DNA from: Octopus sinensis
Taxonomy: Eukaryota
Direction: 5' to 3'
DNA: 64,000 bases
Assembly: GCF_006345805.1 (NCBI RefSeq)
Contig: NC_043000.1
Coordinates: 62,124,001 to 62,188,000, forward strand
The notes under the pieces: generated by a model
Told to the model about the DNA's origin: nothing
Database searches by the model: none
Seen by the model: only the letters and a program-made list of their open reading frames with translations
In this document: positions 52,410 to 64,000 of the stretch, in pieces
Layout of the letters: each line of letters starts with the position of its first letter
Numbering within the stretch: the first letter of the stretch is position 1
Translations under genes and position numbers: made by a program

Positions 52410-53600
52410 TTAAGTCGTCAAGGATGCAATTTGTAGAAAAGAGAAAAATTTGCTCATGTTTTATGAATAAAAGGAATAGTTTTATTCATCAAATTATGCA
52501 CCCATGTTGTCAATACACTTTTGCCATTCAGCGGTAGCTTGTTCAATCCGGAACTGTGAGAGCCTGCCAATTTAGAATCAAGAAAATCTTGGAAGGCCTG
52601 TTTTACAGCACCGTCGGAATTAAATTTATTCCTATCAAAAAGTTATCGAAATTCTGGAAGAAGTGGTAGTCAGTGGGGGCAAGATCAGTTAAGTATGGTG
52701 GATGGTGGAGAACATCCAACTCCAACTCCTGTAGTTCCGCCAATGTCATTTTTGCGTTGTGTGGTCTGGCGTTGTCTTGCAATAAAATAGTGGATCTTGT
52801 TGACTAATCTAGGCTTTGTTTTTGGTTTCTGCATCATTTAGTCCAATTGGCTACAGTATAATTCGGCCGTAATTAATGAGCCAGGTTTATTGAAACCGTA
52901 ATTGATCACACCTGCTCCGCACTACCAAACACACACCATCAGCTTCTTTTGAGGAATTTTGCCTTTTGGACTGTGTTTTAGTGGCTCGTCTTTGTCCAAC
53001 CATTGTGCTGAACGTTTACGGTTGTTGTATTGGATCCATTTCTCCTCACATGTTAAAATTTGATTCAAGAAGGAATCATTTTTGTTCCTGATTTTCATTG
53101 GGTTCATGTGGAACCCACTTTTCCAACTTTTTCACTTTACCGATTTCAACTAGGTGAGTCAATATTGTTTGCTTGCTAACAGCAAACAATAACGATAATT
53201 CATGGGCACTTTGTGATGGATCTGACACGACGATGGCTTTCAGTTTGTCATTATCCACCTTTTGTTTCTGGTCGACCGTGTGGCTCATTTGTGAGGTCAA
53301 AGTTACCAGAACGAAATTTTGCAAACCAATTTGATACTGTCTGCAATATAATAACATTAGAATGAAATACCTCATTAATATTTCGAACTGTCTGTGATGC
53401 TGTATTTCCAAGAAACAACTCATATTTCAAAACTGTACGAATTTCCGACTTATCCATCTCTAAAGAAAAATAGCAAAAATGATTTATAAATACTTTATAA
53501 AGCTCAAAATGAGATAGAATAAAGGAATAGATGTGTCAAAATAAAATGAAGGTGCAAAATGAGCATATACCTTACTACAAATTTCATACTTGACGACCTA

Positions 53601-53601
<1 letters not shown>
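52410..53601 (-). mobile_element. Second copy of the 41903-43172 mariner lineage
   Basis: MDKSEIRTVLKYELFLG, KWVPHE and KKLMVCVW. TIR tcatacttgacgacctaa+TA at the right end; left TIR mutated. Confidence 0.93.
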
Positions 53602-53657
<56 letters not shown>

Positions 53658-53973
53658 CTCTTCGCCCCTTTGCTCCACCCACAGACCCACACACCATCCT
53701 CACATACACACACCATCTTCCACACACCTACACATTACAGACGCACACATATACGCACACATTCACACGATAAAGTCACCACCCCTATCCACACACACGC
53801 ACACATTCTCACATACAAACACACGTACGCGCACCGTTTTGGGACCATCTATGTTTTATTATCTCTCTTTTTCTACCTCTCCAGTCAAATCTGTTTTTTT
53901 CCTATCCAGCTGTCTTGCTCGATCGCTAAATCCACAAGTTTTTCTTTTCTCTCTCAGTTTATTTTCCATATTC

Positions 53974-54009
53974 CTTTCTGTTGAAGGGCGTAGGCTCGAA
54001 ACGTAAAAG
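53974..54009 (+). ncRNA. Minimal hammerhead-like motif with A6U core variant, in a Penelope-pLTR-like repeat (~53650-54110)
   Basis: CUUU-CUGUUGA-A-GGGC GUAG GCUC-GAAAC-GUA-AAAG; palindromic ACGU helix III. Confidence 0.5.
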
Positions 54010-54152
54010 TGTTTCTCTGTTTCTCGGGTGTTAAACTAATACACCTGCTTGTTATTCATACACCTGTCTCCGTCATTTGTTTTCCTGTAAATTTCAACTA
54101 TGCATATGCGTGTGTGAGAGAGTGGAATAGTATTATAACACATCCTTTTGAC

Positions 54153-54184
<32 letters not shown>

Positions 54185-54310
54185 AAATATATATATATAA
54201 ATATATATACATATATATATATAAACACATATACATTTTCACATACATAGGTATGCAAATATGTGTTATATTTATATTGCACACACATATATATATTATA
54301 CATATATGTA

Positions 54311-54348
<38 letters not shown>

Positions 54349-54988
54349 GACACACACACACACATATATATATCTGTGTGTGTGTCAATACACACCCACA
54401 CACATCACACACTAATAATGTCCTACTAAGGGTAGCAAATTCCTCTTTTGAATGCCTAGATTACTTGTCCACTAACCGATCTGAAGACGAATTATAATGT
54501 TTGAAACTAAGGATAAGGTTATCTTCTCAACAGCTCTGTCAAACTTTGTATAAATGCCATCTATAGATACCATCTGCAGTACACTTCATTATTATTTGCA
54601 GAATAGAATTGCCCACGTAATAACTTCTGGACTACTATACTCACATAGTTTTTTCCTTGGTTCACTGGTTACCTTTCTTGATTCACGTTTGACAAGAAGT
54701 TTTAATAAAGACATCGCAAACTCGTATGAATGATAAAAAAAATGAGAAATATTAGTATTGTCAAAAGCACTCCAGCCTAACAAAGTCATCTTTCATTTAA
54801 CCGTAGTATGTTTAAGGGTTACATTGTCGAATGAATCTCTCTGTTTTCAAAATGATAGTGGGTATTTAGCTGCTATTTCCAAGCGCTTAATCAGCTAAGG
54901 AATGGTTTCTACAACAGCTAGCCAATTTATACCGCAACAATATATACATAGATGCGTACACACACACACACACACACACATGTATGCA

Positions 54989-55031
<43 letters not shown>

Positions 55032-55074
55032 ATATATATATTATATATATATATATACATACACACACACACAC

Positions 55075-55149
<75 letters not shown>

Positions 55150-55152
55150 CAT

Positions 55153-55202
<50 letters not shown>

Positions 55203-55729
55203 GTATATATATATATATGGAAGTATGCAATGGATACAGAACAATAATGAGAATAGTTAACAACATTTATTGGAATTGCTATGCACTACTAATAATCCAC
55301 ATTAACGTCTTTCTTGCTTCCATTTATACACTGAATTGTCATCCAACGTTCAACACTAATAAATCTGATTTATTACCGAGTGAACTCGCCACACCATCTC
55401 TCTTTATTGTAAAATCCAAGGAGAGTTATATGAAGACAGATAGTGTTTATCAATAATATCGATGCTTTTTATGATACTATGTACGTTTTTGTATTATATC
55501 ATACATCTTTTTATGACTAACTAGCAGAAGTATTTGGCGTTGTACGGGCTAAATAACGATAACGTTTTAAGAAGTTTGAGAAATTATGTTTAAGTTATGA
55601 CTTTCTTTTAGAATTACTGTAGAATATCTTAACCAGGTGTGATTACGATTCTAAAAACATTAAAAGTTGCAGGAATTTGATATTTTTCAATCCTGTTCTT
55701 CCTTTAACTCCAATTTAAGACATTAATTA

Positions 55730-55990
55730 TTACCCTAACACTAAAGCCTAAATTTAAACCTTAACATTTATCGTATACTTCAGCCTAATCCTGAATCCTT
55801 GCGATAATCCGAAACAATAACCCAAAATTTAACTCTAAACGCAAACTTGAGTCCTAAATACTCAACATATATCCTAAGTCTGAATTCTTGTACAAGATTC
55901 ACACTTTCACCAAATAACCTAAACCTAAATCCTGACTTAATTACTTAACTCTAAATACATATTATAGTGTAAGACCTAACCCTAAAGTCT
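55730..55990. repeat. Degenerate (CCCTAA)-like hexamer array
   Basis: taccctaac, gcctaaatttaaaccttaa, aacctaaacctaaatcc, gacctaaccctaaa. Confidence 0.55.
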
Positions 55991-56129
55991 GTTCAAATTA
56001 TCTCGTGCTGACATCCCTCGCTAACCTTTGTTTATCGTTAACTTACTTTTCTTTTTCTAAAAGTTCAAGCTACCCTTTTTCAAGGTCGTGCCACTAACTG
56101 AACTTCAGACTTTACATCTAGCGTATGAA

Positions 56130-56640
56130 GCTTGACCAACCGCCTTTCCTTCTTCATCTTCTACAATTCCACCTCTCATTTCCTGTTTCCCACATCCCTA
56201 TTTAAAAATGCTCTCATCCTACACAGTCTATTCGTCCAGCGTTCTTTCCTATGGATCCCCTCCCTGATCTCCATTGCCATGCCTACATTTTCTTTCGAAC
56301 ACCGCCACCCTCACTGGATGCAACCGCCACATCTTCTACATTCGGTATACTTTCCGTTGCATCCTTATCAAATTCATTACTTGCTCCAATTATCCGTTTT
56401 CGAATCCATTTATATCAGACAAACCGCTCGTAAACTGTCTGAGACACTCGCAGATTAAATCAGAAATAATTGAAATAGCAACGGGTTGCCTGTCGCTAGA
56501 TATTTTCACTCTGCCGTCCACTCCACCTGATACCACTCAGTCTACGAATTCGCCTCCAGCACCGCATTACCTCCCGCTTCCAAAGAGAACGGTAGTTCAA
56601 TTTCTTTCTCAGAACACTTTTAAATACTCACCCTCACTTG
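56130..56640 (+). pseudogene. Decayed Penelope-like GIY-YIG endonuclease
   Basis: FRC...ITCS, IYIRQTARKLSETLA (cf. YIGETGRRL.DRFAEH), VARYFHSAVHS (cf. PVA.HFNS..HS) and RFQRER*FNFFLRTL. Confidence 0.7.
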
Positions 56641-57732
56641 CTTTACCTGCATTTCCTCTGCCAGCTATATCTTACACCTCCCTCACATAATATCATTTTA
56701 AAACATTTACAGCTTTTATATACACACACACCGGTGCTCAGACACACCTACTATTTTCACATTCTTGTACACATATACACTTTTACACATACACTCACTA
56801 ATTCTATGGCACTCCTTCTTTTCATTCCACTCTTTGAATCACCATCTCTCCCCACATCTACATGTCACTACCGTTGCTTTGTTAATTACAGTAGAACCAA
56901 TTAACACCTACATTCCACATTTTTCTTCACCAGTGCTTTTTTTTTCTTGTGTCCATTTTTCTCTCAAAACGGCTCTTTTATACTTCACTCCATCTACCAG
57001 CGACAATACACTTCGTCACTAGCTCCTGCGCACCAACATTTTGCCTTTTAACATCCAGCGTCTACGTTATTTCTCCTTCTATTCTGATTAAACTTTGTTC
57101 TCACAGTTTTCTTTTCATCTCAGGACTAGATCTTCCAGAACTTCTCCTCGTAATCGAATCTTTGCGCCTACAACCTTTTTAATACAATGCTCTTTGTTTC
57201 ACAGTCAAACATCTGAAGAAATGGATTTCCAGCTTTCTTCCATTTGTATATGCACATGTCAACATTTTAACTTTCTCAAAGAACAACAGTAATTCTTCGA
57301 CACCTTCATTCATTCACACACACATATGCTCACACAGCCGCACACGCTTTTACACAGTATACCTAACATTTTCAAATTCACAGATAACCCCTACACACCC
57401 ACTAACAACGATCATAGTGCCACACTTGCTTATATCTATACAACTACACACTATAACAAGATGGCACTTGACTACATCATAATTCCTTATGCTCGCTTCC
57501 AAACTTGGAAATACCGACTCAAGCATTTCCATAATCATTTATGCCCCTATTCTCAACTTCACCATAAAATAACGATATTCTCGAGCATTTAACTTTTCAG
57601 GCGTCTCCTGCAGTTCTTACCCCATTCTAATTTTTTTCATTCATTTTTACTGTGGAATTTTCAATTTTTTCCTTCATTTTTATTTACTCAGTATTTTACT
57701 TCCCCTTATAGTCTATGCGTCTCTATTTCATC

Positions 57733-57760
57733 CTGATGATAGACTAGCGTCCGAAACGTT
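57733..57760 (+). ncRNA. Hammerhead core motif downstream of the Penelope-like remnant; stem I not supported
   Basis: CUGAUGA-U-AGAC UAGC GUCC-GAAAC-GUU; palindromic AACGUU. Confidence 0.45.
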
Positions 57761-57928
57761 ACTCCAATCCACGCTTATGTCAGGTTCCCAATAGCAATAC
57801 AACTAATTCATTCATACAACAATGTTCCCTTCCTTCAAAGTTTATTGTATTTACAGCAGAATCTGTGTCATCGTATGTGCATGAGTACGTGTGTGTGTAT
57901 GTATACATTTATGCGTTATGTAAATATA

Positions 57929-58005
<77 letters not shown>

Positions 58006-58021
58006 GTATGTATGATGTTTG

Positions 58022-58081
<60 letters not shown>

Positions 58082-58257
58082 ATATATATATATAGATAAT
58101 ATATAATATTATATATATATATAATATACATATATATATAAGCACAACACACATACGCACACACACGCACAGAAACACAAACAAACATACATCCGCACGC
58201 ACACGCACACACGCACAAAAATACATACATATATAGAAATACATGTTTGCATGTGGG

Positions 58258-58342
58258 CTAAAAAGTCATATTCGATCAGAACGCCGTTAACAGTTAAGCC
58301 TCGTGCAATAACCATTCTCGATAACGAGGGGGCAGTCATCAT
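58258..58342 (+). mobile_element. 5'-truncated third copy (3' end) of the 12825/33117 element with (TATG)n tail
   Basis: aaaagtcatattcgatc..ttaagcctcgtgcaata..ctcgataacgagggggcagtcatcat. Confidence 0.8.
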
Positions 58343-58715
58343 ATATGTATGTATCTATGTTTGTACGTATGTATGTATGTATGTATGTATGTATGCATGC
58401 ATGTATGTATGTATGTATGCACGCCGCACACACAGAGAAACATAATCAGACAAATATACAAACCCACACATACACACGAACGCGCGAACACACATACACA
58501 CGCGTGCACACACGCACAAATACACATAAAAATACACACCACACGCATACTTACATACATGCATGCATGCTTGCATACATACATGCATACATGCATACGT
58601 ACACACATACATGCATACGTCCTGTACCCATATATACATTATATATATTATATATATATATTATATATATATATATAATATATATATATATATATAAAAT
58701 ATACATATACATATA

Positions 58716-58771
<56 letters not shown>

Positions 58772-59386
58772 TATAATATATACATTATTTTTATTATTAA
58801 ATGAATTATAAGCGCGTTTGATGACATAAATCTCTAAGTCTGGATAGATTTTGTTGCAGTAATTACTGTGTAGATCCAAATCAGATTTATCCCATAAATA
58901 TATTCATCATTAACTGATTTCAGCCGTAAATATCCCTCTGTTTTATTTTCAAACTTAATTGTTTTCAGAGATAAAACATAATTTATAAATGCGCGATGTG
59001 ATACGATTGAGTTTATTATTCCTAGACGTTTGTGCAATGACATAGAGTGTTACTTATTGACTGATGTGTAGTGTTACTGCGTTTGGGTATTTTACTGTAC
59101 TTTTTGCTACTTGTGTGAGAATACGTTTGTGTGTGTGGTGTGTGTGTGTGTTTGAATGTGTGTCTCTTTAGACGAATAGTTACCTACGTAAATGTTCCGT
59201 ATAATATAGCGTGTGTACACATAAAACTATGTAACTATACGACTGTAACACACACATGAATATATATGATTTTTATACACACACACACATTTATATATAC
59301 ACTACATATATATATGTATATGTACATATATATATGTATATGTATATATATATACATATATATGTATATGTATATATACATATATC

Positions 59387-59454
<68 letters not shown>

Positions 59455-59504
59455 ATATATATATACATATGTATATATACACACACAAACACACACACTA
59501 TATA

Positions 59505-59537
<33 letters not shown>

Positions 59538-59541
<4 letters not shown>

Positions 59542-59830
59542 CAACAATTGAGGGCAAAAAATAATCAATTATAATCAATTCACCAAGTGTCAGTATGCAA
59601 AGACCATCAAGGCGAATTCAATTATTACATTATATAAAAGGCTAGTAAAATAAATACTTTGCCGCATACTGAACTCATTAGAAATAGCAGCTAAAAAACT
59701 TTTTAAAACTATTTCTTAATACTTAAGATTTTCTTTAGTATTAGAAATAGTTTAAAAAGTTTTTAGCTGCTATTTAATGAGTCAGTATGCGGCAAAGTAT
59801 TTATTTTACTAAGCCCTTTATATAATATAT
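59538..59830. mobile_element. (TA)n-flanked foldback element, ~194-bp hairpin (59631-59824)
   Basis: Arms agtaaaataaatactttgccgcatactga...gcagctaaaaa / tttttagctgc...tcagtatgcggcaaagtatttattttact. Same family as 7146-7390. Confidence 0.8.
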
Positions 59831-59953
59831 ATATATTATATATAAACAATAAGATTCAAGTCAATTCTAATGAATTCACTTGAATATGGTACTTAACTTA
59901 GATGCACCAGAAAAACTATATGGTGTTACCAATACAGTAGTGTGGGGTGATTA

Positions 59954-60253
59954 TAAACGAGAAAAGAAGCAACAAGAATGGATTAGTTTTTAGTACAATT
60001 GTTTCATACAAAGACAGGCTTTATTAAAAGTTGCAAATATTGCAGCAGATAAAAGTGTCCCGTACTCATCAGCTAAAATACATATGAGTTCTCCAAACAT
60101 CTTAGTGGGTGAGGCCACACTCATGAAGTATTGGAGATAATTTCATTAAAAGCAGATTCAGGTTCACTTTTATCTGCTGCAATATTTGCAACTTTTAATA
60201 AAGCCTGTCTTTGTAGGAAACAATTGTACTAAAAACTAATCCATTCTCGTTTA
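59954..60253. mobile_element. MITE-like element with 82-bp inverted repeats
   Basis: 59976-60057 vs 60165-60246 have one mismatch. Outer taaacgag/ctcgttta, flanked by TA. Confidence 0.85.
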
Positions 60254-60276
60254 TATATATATGTGTGTATATATAC

Positions 60277-60331
<55 letters not shown>

Positions 60332-60379
60332 TATATATATATATATATATATATAAAGATATATATATATATTACATAT

Positions 60380-60709
60380 CCACAGAAAGGAACATGGAAT
60401 GAAACAAGGAGAAAAAAATAGAATGTGTAGTGGATAGCGATCTATCATGGTGCGAAGGTATAAAAGTTCGTTGGGTAATGAGAGGAGACAGGATGAACTG
60501 GTGCGACCATGTGAGCGTGTAATATATGGGGAGAATTAAAAAAAAAAGACGAAGACAGGTGGTGTAGACAACAAACACATGTATTAGTTTAACGCTCGAG
60601 AAGTATAAAAGTCTTTAACGTTTCAATCCTACACACTTACACAGAAAGGAACACAGAAAGAAACAAGGAGAGAAAATAAAGAATGTGTAGTGGCTAGCGA
60701 TCTATCATG
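60380..60709 (-). mobile_element. Decayed relative of the 53650-54110 repeat with ~70-bp direct terminal repeats
   Basis: cacagaaaggaac...gaatgtgtagtgg.tagcgatctatcatg at 60380 and 60641. Minus strand gtgtaggattgaaacgttaaag. Confidence 0.7.
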
Positions 60710-60927
60710 ACGAATGACGGACATAGATGTTTGCTTCGCCTTAACGTTTGTTATCCTCTTTAGCAATTATATCTCCGCTATAGCTGAAAAGGCCCCATAA
60801 TTAACATCTTAGCTACAACTTCGGAGCCCTAGTAATGCGTTACAGCACTTACCTAGCATACCTAATCGTTTAGACCACCTGTGAACTAAACTCCTATACT
60901 TTGTATGTATGTATGTATGTATGTATG

Positions 60928-60969
<42 letters not shown>

Positions 60970-61858
60970 AAATTAAAAAAGGAAAATACGCACACTTACA
61001 TGGTTTTAATGTAATTTTTTAATATATCGACTGGTTTCGCTATCGCAATTCATGATATTATATTTTATTTATTTGAATATATATTTTTTTTCCTTAAGAA
61101 GAAATTTGGTCCATGTTGTGTGTGATGAAATTCACGAGTGAATATATATAGGAGAAATAAGTTCAAAAGATAACAATTCAAATTCTTGAGAGGTTCAAAA
61201 AGAGAGAAGGTATGTTTTCTAATAAAGATACATCATATTCATAAAAAACAGTCAAAGAAATAACAATAATAAAATAGTAGTTGAAAAATGTCGTTATAAG
61301 TATAAATATGCCATAAACAATTATAGAAAATGGAGGAGAAAAAGATGTTGAATCAAAATTAGATTCAATACAAAATAGGGTTCAATATATACGCGCGTTA
61401 CAAAGGACAATACAAATATGTAAGAAAAAATTATAACCATAGTAATTATTATTCAATTTATACATTGTCATTTTCATTAGTGTGAGGAATATTTGTAAGG
61501 ACATCAAAAAAGGCTTAATAAAATAAAGTAAATAAAAATAAGATACAATAAGAGGGAATACAAATGGGGTAATAGAGAAAAATCGGATATTTACAAGCAA
61601 GTTGTAACATGGAAAAAATAACAATAATAATAATAATAGTAAGAGAGACGAAAGAGAATAAAAGACAAACATATCAAAGTGTATGCACGTCTATATGTGC
61701 AGTAAACTAACATAAAAATAAGAATAAAATCTAACGGATTTGTTTTAAAAAATGGTAACAGATCGAGACAAAGTATAATACACACACACACACATACACA
61801 TAGACAAACACACACACACACACATACACATACACACAACACACACACACACACACAC

Positions 61859-61904
<46 letters not shown>

Positions 61905-61905
<1 letters not shown>

Positions 61906-62085
61906 CAAAATGGGACAAGAACGCAAAACATCCGGAAAACTAGGTGATACAAAAAGTGACAAAAACATCCAGATAGACGATACAAAGAAAACAAGAACGG
62001 ATCATTCGAAGTTTTCTACCTTCAGTCTAGAACCAGATTAACCTCGCAATATCAGCTGATTATTCTTGAGATTTCTCCAATCTAC
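61905..62085 (-). mobile_element. Fourth copy of the 20165/51553/52305 repeat
   Basis: acatccagatagacgatacaaagaaaacaagaacggatcattcgaag...cttcagtctagaaccagatt. Confidence 0.7.
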
Positions 62086-62187
62086 ATGTTTATAAAAACA
62101 TGTTACATATTAATAAATGTCTGTAAATATAAAACCATACTGATTTCTGAGTACCTTATTTCTTCTAATATATATATATATATATAT

Positions 62188-62420
62188 ACAATTGCAGCGT
62201 GGAAGGTGTTTGTAAGCCAATTAAGAAACACACAAAATCGTTCGATTCACTTCAACATTTAAGTTTAATTTGTCAAAATATTTTCGTCGCTTTAAGACCG
62301 CGACCTGTTCACTGACAAAAATCCGTGCTGGCTTACAAACACCTTCCACGCTGCAATTGTTTTCGTTTCAGCATACGATCTCAGATCAAATCACTTGCTA
62401 TGCAAGTACATCTCCGTAAT
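62188..62420 (-). mobile_element. (TA)n-flanked element with perfect 32-bp inverted repeats (62188-62219 / 62329-62360)
   Basis: acaattgcagcgtggaaggtgtttgtaagcca and its exact reverse complement. Confidence 0.85.
62269..62319 (-). ncRNA. Type I hammerhead-like fold with G3-C8 compensatory core variant
   Basis: Minus strand: UUUGUCA-GUGAACA-G-GUCGC ggucuuaaa GCGAC-GAAA-AUAU-UU-UGACAAA. Confidence 0.55.
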
Positions 62421-63453
62421 ATATATATATGTATGTCTAACTCTCTCCTTATGTTTGTGTATGTGTAGCTAGTGATTATCCTCATCGCCTCTTTCTTTCT
62501 CTCCCTTCTCTCCCTTCACTTTGAATGTGTGTTCATCTTATATCAATACTCCCGCATCCTTTCACCCACTTTAGTGATATATAGACTAATGGTCAAGTGC
62601 AATTTTACAAGTTTTAAGTTAAATATGAAATTATAAAATATACTATAGCAACATAGACAGGAACTGATATTCGTAATGATATTCATGGTGAATGCTTGTT
62701 TTTCTTGTGAATAAAACATGGGAACTATTTAATGCGTCCGTTTCTAACACAAAACCGTTGGAAAATGTCAATGAAAGTAGTATGGCCAATGGGAAATCTT
62801 ATGGCAAAATAAATGAAAGTATATCTCAGGTGAATAGAAGTCTGGTGTCAGCAATTTAAGCTTACTGAATATGAGTTTTAAATAAATTCATTTGATATTA
62901 AAGTGCTAGTCCCTATATCATAAAGCCGCAGTATATTTCTCTATTATTGAATCTACAGAGTTGTGCTGGTGGTGGTGATGAAAAAATAAATAGGTCGTGA
63001 TACGATTGCTTATTTTTCTGTTACTTCAATGTAACTGATTCTGAGGGCCAGAGAGTAATCGGTGGAGAGAGAAAAAGAAAGCAAAGCGAGAGAAGAAAAT
63101 GACGCAAAAAGGGTCCCAGAATCTCACTGGTATCTTAGTTTTCGAATCTGAATGCATAAAGGGCAATTTTATCTCGGCAGACTCGAAATTCCAATATGCC
63201 GACCAAGTACAATCTCAAAGCATTCTATCCAATGGACTAACGACTATGCCATATTATAAAAGTGTTATAGGCTGAACAAGTTTAAGAATAAACAGTTCTC
63301 AGTTTTAGAGAGTTCCGAAACTTGCAAACTGTCACGTATTCAAAAGTAAATAAAATATACCAATAGCGGCTTAAAGTAAATAAGTTAAAGGAGAATATGA
63401 CAAAAATATCTGTAATACTGCCTCCAAATGCGTTTGTTCCTGGGAACAAACTG

Positions 63454-63770
63454 GCACTCTGTCAGTTATGATGAGGAGGGTTCCAGCTGATCCGATCAAC
63501 AGAACAGCCTGCTCATAAAATTCACGTGCAATTGGCAGAGCCCTTCAACGAACGCGGGCCTTTAATGTAGACCGCAGAGGGATTCAACGTGACACAGAAT
63601 GATACTAGGCTGGCCCACTGAAATACAGAAGCCGTTCACTTTTGCCATCTGAAGTGGAATGGAACACCGTGTAATAAATTGTCTTGCTCAAGGACACAAC
63701 TCGCCGCTGGGAATCGAACTCATGACCTTATGATCATGAGCCGAATACCCAAAGCACAAAGTCACACGCC
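63454..63770 (-). mobile_element. Degenerate SINE, head type D + tail type 2
   Basis: Tail matches the reverse complement of 50970-51140. Head tgctcaaggacacaac...ggaatcgaactcatgacctt. Confidence 0.7.
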
Positions 63771-64000
63771 AAGGAATCCATATATAAAATAGAATCAATA
63801 GGATAAGCTTGCGTAGAATATAACAATTATTATGGAAATGTGTCAAATTTTACTCTTAGATATCTTTTCAGTTTTACTCTTTGTTATCTTTTCAATTATT
63901 TTGTTAATAGAATGTTTTCTATTTTTAAAATCACAGCTTTAACAAAGCTGATTAATCGCATGATTTATTGTTCTCTGTAAGTTAGTGGGAAGAGGTAAAG

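Overview
Eukaryotic, very AT-rich, microsatellite-dense non-coding DNA. The SINE families look like those of octopus/coleoid cephalopods (my recognition, not a database result). No protein-coding host gene is established. There are only 2-3 low-confidence candidate exons on the minus strand, and almost all long ORFs in the track are translated microsatellites. The window holds many tRNA-derived SINEs, four mariner copies, a decayed Tc1 transposase, and CR1-, RTE-, L1/Tx1-, Gypsy- and Penelope-like relics, plus several foldback/MITE hairpins. The main finding is a retrozyme-like family. A 535-bp head-to-tail dimer (13877-14959) has a 12-bp target-site duplication, and each unit carries a complete type I hammerhead ribozyme with palindromic helix III and an unusually long helix II. 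A diverged, circularly permuted 544-bp relative (10813-11401) has a 45-bp terminal redundancy and a hammerhead whose stems covary with the dimer's. Further hammerhead-like motifs, including one with a G3-C8 core swap, lie in other small elements. All structures were folded by eye and no activity or transcription is shown.
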